Source: Nostoc sp.
Lineage (GTDB): Bacteria; Cyanobacteriota; Cyanobacteriia; Cyanobacteriales; Nostocaceae
DNA length: 64,000 nucleotides
Direction of reading: 5' to 3'
Assembly: GCA_036918135.1 (NCBI GenBank)
Contig: JBALDB010000007.1
Span: forward strand, 384,001 to 448,000
The notes beneath the pieces were generated by a model. That model ran no database searches and was not told the DNA's origin. It saw only the letters and a program-made list of their open reading frames with translations. Numbering within the stretch: the first letter of the stretch is position 1; each line of letters begins with the position of its first letter. The translations under genes and the position numbers were made by a program. This document shows positions 59,449-64,000 of this stretch, one piece after another.

Positions 59449-61542
59449 ATGAAGGTGCGTATTGTTTCTATGCTCTATGCGACCGCAGCTTTGTTGATTT
59501 TTCCTGCTCCTGCTCGGTCTGCGATCGAAAAGGTTGTAGGAGGTGGTAGTGTTCATCAAGGTGAAACACGTCGTATTACTGTCATCGGAGATGGAATTGA
59601 TTTTGCGACTTCGGTCGCTTCCTCAAATGCACAAATTGGTGTCAGGCTTCTTAGTAAGAAAGGACTTGCACAGGGTAGAGCCAAAGGGCAGGTTGTACTG
59701 GAAGTAGCTGTGCCTCTCGATGTCCCTAAAGGTGAGGACTTTAACCTGACGGTTAAAATCGCCCCAAACCTTTATTACTCCAAAGGAGGTTCTGAAACAG
59801 TTCGGCTGAATGTGCAGCCATATCCCAACAGTTCGTGGAGACCTTTGTTTCATTTTGCCCCCTCATGGGGATGGATGAACGATCCCAACGGTCTTGTCTA
59901 CGTCAATGGGACATACCATCTCTATTATCAAGCAGTTCCGTTCTCTAGGGATAATGGAGGTCAACTAAACTGGGGACATGCGGTTAGCACTGATTTGGTT
60001 CACTGGTCTGGGCGCAGAGATGCCATGTTTAATCCGCCAATGGATCTTCTTGGCAGTAGTGACGATCAAAATCAAGTCTGGTCTGCTTTTTCGGGGTCGG
60101 CGGTGGTCGTTAGTGGTGAGGCTGCAAAACAGCTACCCTGCGTCTGCTCAAACCTTTGTGTTGCTTCCATATTCACGAAAAACACTCCAATCGTTAACCT
60201 CCAAGACCAGTGGCTTGCTGCTAGCTGCGATGGGGGCGAATCTTTTAAAACACCGGAGAGTGTGTTGCCTAACTTATCATCTGCTAAACCAGATTTTCGA
60301 GATCCGAAGGTATTCCTCTATAAGGGGCGCTGGATTATGGTATTAGCTGTTGGAGACAAAATCGAGCTTTATGAGTCTGCGAATCTCAAACAGTGGAATT
60401 TTCTGTCCTCTCTTCCCCTCTACAGCAGCTTCACTACTTTAGGCCCTTTTGTCGAAACCCCAGATTTGATTGAGTTACCCGTCAGCAATTCCAAGACTAA
60501 CGAAACCAAGTGGGTGCTGACCTACAGTGAAGGATTCATTCCGCCTGTGTCCTGCGAGGGTTTTCGAGACAGTAGCGGAATGCCGCTCACTGCCCCTGCT
60601 CTCAAAAAGGAATGTGAAAAATCACGAAATTTTACCTCGCGTAGTTTCTATATCATCGGCGAATTTGATGGTAAGCAGTTCAAGCAGGAGTCACAGCCTC
60701 GACTTTTAGATTTTGGGTCAGATTTTTATGCACCTCAAACTTGGTCTAACACACCAGGACGACGAATCTTAGCGGCCTGGCAAGATAATTGGCATTACGC
60801 CCACCAAGTTCCAACAACGCCCTGGCGAGGACAGTTGAGCATTCCGCGAGACTTGGGGCTGATTAGAGATAATGACACTTATTGGTTGACTCAAACTCCA
60901 GTTCAAGAACTAGCGGCTCTAAGAAATTCTGCGCTTGGACGTGTTACTCGGTTGCAGGATAAACCTCTGACCAACAAAACACCAGATGAGCTGAAGAATT
61001 TTCGTTCCACAGCATTTGATGCTGACTTAGCAATTGATGTCGCGGGTTTACCCAAAGTCAACTCCCAAATCAAGATTCAGCTTCGAGCGGGTAATACAGC
61101 GCAAGGAATGGTGTTAACATGGCGACGTACTGGTGCTAACCAGGGACAGCTATCACTAACGCGCTCTGCTTCTGAAGCGGGTGGAACGACTTCAGAATTA
61201 ACTCAACAAGGGTCTGGGTTTATCGGTCAATGGTTGTCTACCTCTGTTTTGCTTGCAGCACCAATAAATCAGCGACTCGTGTCAGGTTCAAGGAACGCCC
61301 AACTCAGTACAAGAGCGCAGATTGCTCAGGTTCCTGTTGTGGTATCTGGTACGAATAATAGTATCTTAAAACTTCGGATTCTCGTGGATCGAAGTTCGGT
61401 AGAAGTGTTTGCAGGCGATGGACGAATCGTGTTAAGCGGTTTATTCTTTCCCGATCCATCCAATAAAGAGTTCAGAATGTATGCAACAGGGGGAAATGCA
61501 AAGATAGTGAACTTGGCTATGTACCCGTTGAGTAATCACTGA
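59449..61542 (+). CDS. Secreted glycoside hydrolase family 32 (levanase/inulinase/invertase-like)
   Basis: Signal peptide; WMNDPNG, WGHAVSTDL, FSGSAV, FRDPKV, ETPDL, DFYAPQTW, LRILVDRSSVEVF. Confidence 0.93.
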   Translation: MKVRIVSMLYATAALLIFPAPARSAIEKVVGGGSVHQGETRRITVIGDGIDFATSVASSNAQIGVRLLSKKGLAQGRAKGQVVLEVAVPLDVPKGEDFNLTVKIAPNLYYSKGGSETVRLNVQPYPNSSWRPLFHFAPSWGWMNDPNGLVYVNGTYHLYYQAVPFSRDNGGQLNWGHAVSTDLVHWSGRRDAMFNPPMDLLGSSDDQNQVWSAFSGSAVVVSGEAAKQLPCVCSNLCVASIFTKNTPIVNLQDQWLAASCDGGESFKTPESVLPNLSSAKPDFRDPKVFLYKGRWIMVLAVGDKIELYESANLKQWNFLSSLPLYSSFTTLGPFVETPDLIELPVSNSKTNETKWVLTYSEGFIPPVSCEGFRDSSGMPLTAPALKKECEKSRNFTSRSFYIIGEFDGKQFKQESQPRLLDFGSDFYAPQTWSNTPGRRILAAWQDNWHYAHQVPTTPWRGQLSIPRDLGLIRDNDTYWLTQTPVQELAALRNSALGRVTRLQDKPLTNKTPDELKNFRSTAFDADLAIDVAGLPKVNSQIKIQLRAGNTAQGMVLTWRRTGANQGQLSLTRSASEAGGTTSELTQQGSGFIGQWLSTSVLLAAPINQRLVSGSRNAQLSTRAQIAQVPVVVSGTNNSILKLRILVDRSSVEVFAGDGRIVLSGLFFPDPSNKEFRMYATGGNAKIVNLAMYPLSNH

Positions 61543-61550
61543 GGATTTTA

Positions 61551-62493
61551 TATAGAACCCATTTGACATCTTTTACTATCTTGAAGTAAAGTTACTGCAA
61601 AAGTCCTATTCAGCAGTTATGCCATACTCTAGCAGCCTGACAGATGAAGAGTGGATAATCCTCGAACCTTTACTGGCTCAAATATTACCAACTAAGAAGC
61701 AGACGAGACCACCTAACTGGACAAAGCGAGAAATTTTGAATGGCATCTTCTATCAACTCAAGAATGGCTGCAATTGGGAAGACTTGCCCAAGGACTTGCC
61801 CCCTTACAAGGGCGGTATATTGGCATTACAAGCAGTGGCGGGCTCAAGGAGCGATCGACAAACTGATGAGCATTTTACACGCTCAAGTACGTGAGCAGGT
61901 TAAAAAAAAGCCAAGTGGACAACGTTGCTGAACATTGACTCTCAAGCGGGAAAAAATACCTGTAATGCTAGCACATTATCGAAAGGAGATTGTTTCTACA
62001 AATCGACAAATGGCATTAAAAGGCATCTAGCCGTTGATACCTTGGGGTTTCCCTTCTTCACTCACTGCACTAAAGCGAATGTATCTGATGATACGGGTTT
62101 GATTGAAATATTGACTCTCAACATTGATTATTTCAAGTCAAAACCAGTTAATATTCCCAAGATCACCATCCTGTTAGACCACGGTTATCACCCTGAGCAT
62201 CTCAGGGAGGAGTTAGAAAAGGTTTATCCCCAAATCATGGCGAAAATCACCCTTTGAACTTTCGCCAAAACCATCGAAACAGGAAAAGAAAGATCAAGGT
62301 AAATCTGGGTTTGTTCCGATTGCAGCCAGGTGGGTGATTGAGCGCTCAAATGCTTGAATGGACAGATGTAAAATTCTCGTCAAGAACTTTGAGAGAACTC
62401 TAGCTAATGCGACTACCAAAGTTAATCTTTGTTTTATTCGGCTGATGCTTAAGAGGCTTGCAGTCTCTTCTTAGATGTCAAATGGGTTCTATA
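61551..62493 (+). mobile_element. IS5-family insertion sequence with a defective transposase
   Basis: Perfect 21-nt inverted ends TATAGAACCCATTTGACATCT (includes probable TA target). Confidence 0.9.
61619..62474 (+). pseudogene. IS5-family transposase pseudogene
   Basis: YSSSLTDEEW, GCNWEDLPKD, IDSQ, KRHLAVDTLG, RWVIERSNA; frameshifts near 61810 and 62250, A8G slippery run at ~61902, TGA in place of Trp near 62355. Confidence 0.88.
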
Positions 62494-62518
62494 GATTCTA
62501 ATTGTCTAGGTTCGTTGT

Positions 62519-62676
62519 TCATTCCTCTTTCTCCTTGTCTATGAGATTTTTGTGAGGAAAATCTGATTCTTCTCCCTTGACTTCTTTCACCTGACTAACT
62601 TCAAAAATTAGAGAAAAATACTGCCCCATTTCTTTTTGAAGAAATGCTTCTAAAAGACTTACTTGCTTCGATGTTA
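62519..62676 (-). pseudogene. 3' part of a DUF389-like gene, cut off by the IS630 insertion
   Basis: TSKQVSLLEAFLQKEMGQYFSLIFEVSQVKEV...* joins in frame with 63859-64000 when the IS is removed. Confidence 0.75.
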
Positions 62677-62702
62677 TATTAAATCCGGTAACATCGGAGG
62701 AA

Positions 62703-63785
62703 TTAATAAGTACTCTGAGGCCACCAATGATAGTAGGTAATAGCTCGGATTAAATACTGCTGTTTTAAAAGGACTTTACAGCGTTGGAATAAAACTTCCT
62801 CCAAATCCTCAAGTTTATCGAAACAACGATTTGCGTAGGCGTAGCCCGCCGAAGGCATCGGTTCATTAACCAACGGCCATAAACGTTCTGCTGGCTGTAA
62901 TTCGGGTGAGTAAGCAGGTAAATACTCCAAGTGCAAACCTAAAGGAATCTCTAATTCCTTGCTCGTATGCCATCCGGCTCTGTGAAGAGCTAATACTATG
63001 TGCTTATGTTTACCTAAGTAAAATTCTTGTGCAAAGTCGGCTAAAACTTGATTAAAAAGCTCAAGATTAACTTTTGGCAAAATCCAATAATAGGTCTCTC
63101 CAGATTCCGGGTGTACAAAACCATACAACCATAGCCATTGATAACGCCAATATACATCAGCAATTGGTTGTTCTCCCAAATGTACCCATACTCGTCGTAA
63201 TATCGGTTTTAATCCCAGGCGGTGTTCATCCATTGCCCAGATTTCTACCTTTGAGCCTGGATATTTTTTACGTATTTCTTCTAATGTCTGTTCGAGTTTT
63301 TTTTTCCAAGTTTCTTGTTCTACTGTGTCTTGAAGTTCGTGTGCTGGGCGCGGTACCTTTAAACGCATCTCAAAAGCTCGTAAGTATTCCCATCCTCTGT
63401 GCGGATGAATTGGACAATCAAGATGATTACTCATCCAATCTGCCACTTTGCGACCATTCCATAAACCTCCATCTGCTGGTGGCTATTGCAATGCAATCCA
63501 CAGTAAAGCTTGTTCTGTTTCTGATAGCAATGTATCAGACCCTCGATGTTCATGACGTTTATCTTTTAATCCATCAGCAACTAATTGGTTATAAAGACCT
63601 GCGATTCTATAAATTGAACCCCGCCTATATCCTGTAACTTTTGCAACTTCTTCTGCTGTATATCCTTTTGCTAACAGCCAGATTATTTGCAAGCGTGTAC
63701 GTTCTATTGGGTCAGATGCTTGATGATAAAGCTTTTCCAACTCTTCTAAACAGTTATGTTGCTCTATTCTCAAAATTTTAGGCAT
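62703..63785 (-). pseudogene. IS630-family transposase with internal TAG (63483) and a 21-nt in-frame insertion
   Basis: LWIALQ*PPADGGLWNGRKVADW; MDEHRLG, LPAYSPELQPAERLW; second acidic residue appears as H in ALHRAGWH. Confidence 0.88.
62836..62856. mobile_element. SDR5-like 21-nt element inserted in a HIP1-like site
   Basis: GCG|TAGGCGTAGCCCGCCGAAGGC|ATCGG; removal restores GCGATCGG and the peptide EPIANR. Confidence 0.8.
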
Positions 63786-63858
63786 AGCGATCGCCTAGAC
63801 TATGCATCCTTCGTTACTTTGTTGATATCATATCACTCCGATGCTACCGGATTTGATA

Positions 63859-64000
63859 TGAGAGCTGACTGCGCGCGAACGCTCAAGCGAACTTGGGGTG
63901 GGTTTGTGAGCCAGTTAGTATCAGTTTTCAGTAGTTCCAAACGTTGAAAAGTTAAGGTTCGATTTAACAAAGCCTTTTTCAGGTGGGTTTCGAGTTGTGC
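63859..64000 (-). pseudogene. Upstream part of the DUF389-like gene (continues beyond the window)
   Basis: AQLETHLKKALLNRTLTFQRLELLKTDTNWLTNPPQVRLSVRAQSAL. Confidence 0.75.

Larger units (their letters stand above)
62677..63858 (-). mobile_element. IS630-family insertion sequence
   Basis: Inverted ends TATTAAATCCGGTAACATCGGAG / CTCCGATGCTACCGGATTTGATA (2 mismatches), flanked by TTA and TGA. Confidence 0.9.

Noticed and set aside
63860..64000. Apparent third copy of the structured element (TGAGCCAG, TGAAAAGTT words)
   Set aside because: Explained as minus-strand coding sequence of the DUF389-like gene; the matches are short and coincidental.
1..64000. High density of GCGATCGC
   Set aside because: Known HIP1 over-representation in cyanobacteria; not specific to this locus.

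Overview
Chromosomal window from a filamentous, Nostoc-like cyanobacterium, judged from frequent HIP1 octamers (GCGATCGC), heptameric STRR tracts and small dispersed repeats. The backbone is mostly housekeeping genes: lpdA, trpC, trpB, SUI1, RNase D, hisIE, hemL, GST, a HerA-like ATPase, a group-2 sigma factor, cobO, moaE and clpS. Accessory features are an 8-repeat FG-GAP/RTX surface protein, a beta-CA/sbtA/sbtB/Tat-beta-CA carbon-uptake cluster, a rhodanese-like protein with a LEA-like tail, two paralogous OmpR regulators around a CPP1-like gene, a 2115-aa CHAT-nSTAND1-WD40 (NLR-like) protein and a secreted GH32 hydrolase beside decayed IS5 and IS630 elements. Signals that the ORF track misses include two homologous, inverted, hairpin-rich ~300-nt elements (~19.9-20.2 kb and ~24.7-25.0 kb), a helically phased DnaA-box cluster, a palindrome shared by several stress-gene promoters, a 52-aa Pmp3 gene, a DUF389-like gene split by the IS630, and a 21-nt element inserted in-frame into the IS630 transposase. 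No rRNA, tRNA or CRISPR array was seen. All family assignments come from motif recognition by eye, not database searches.
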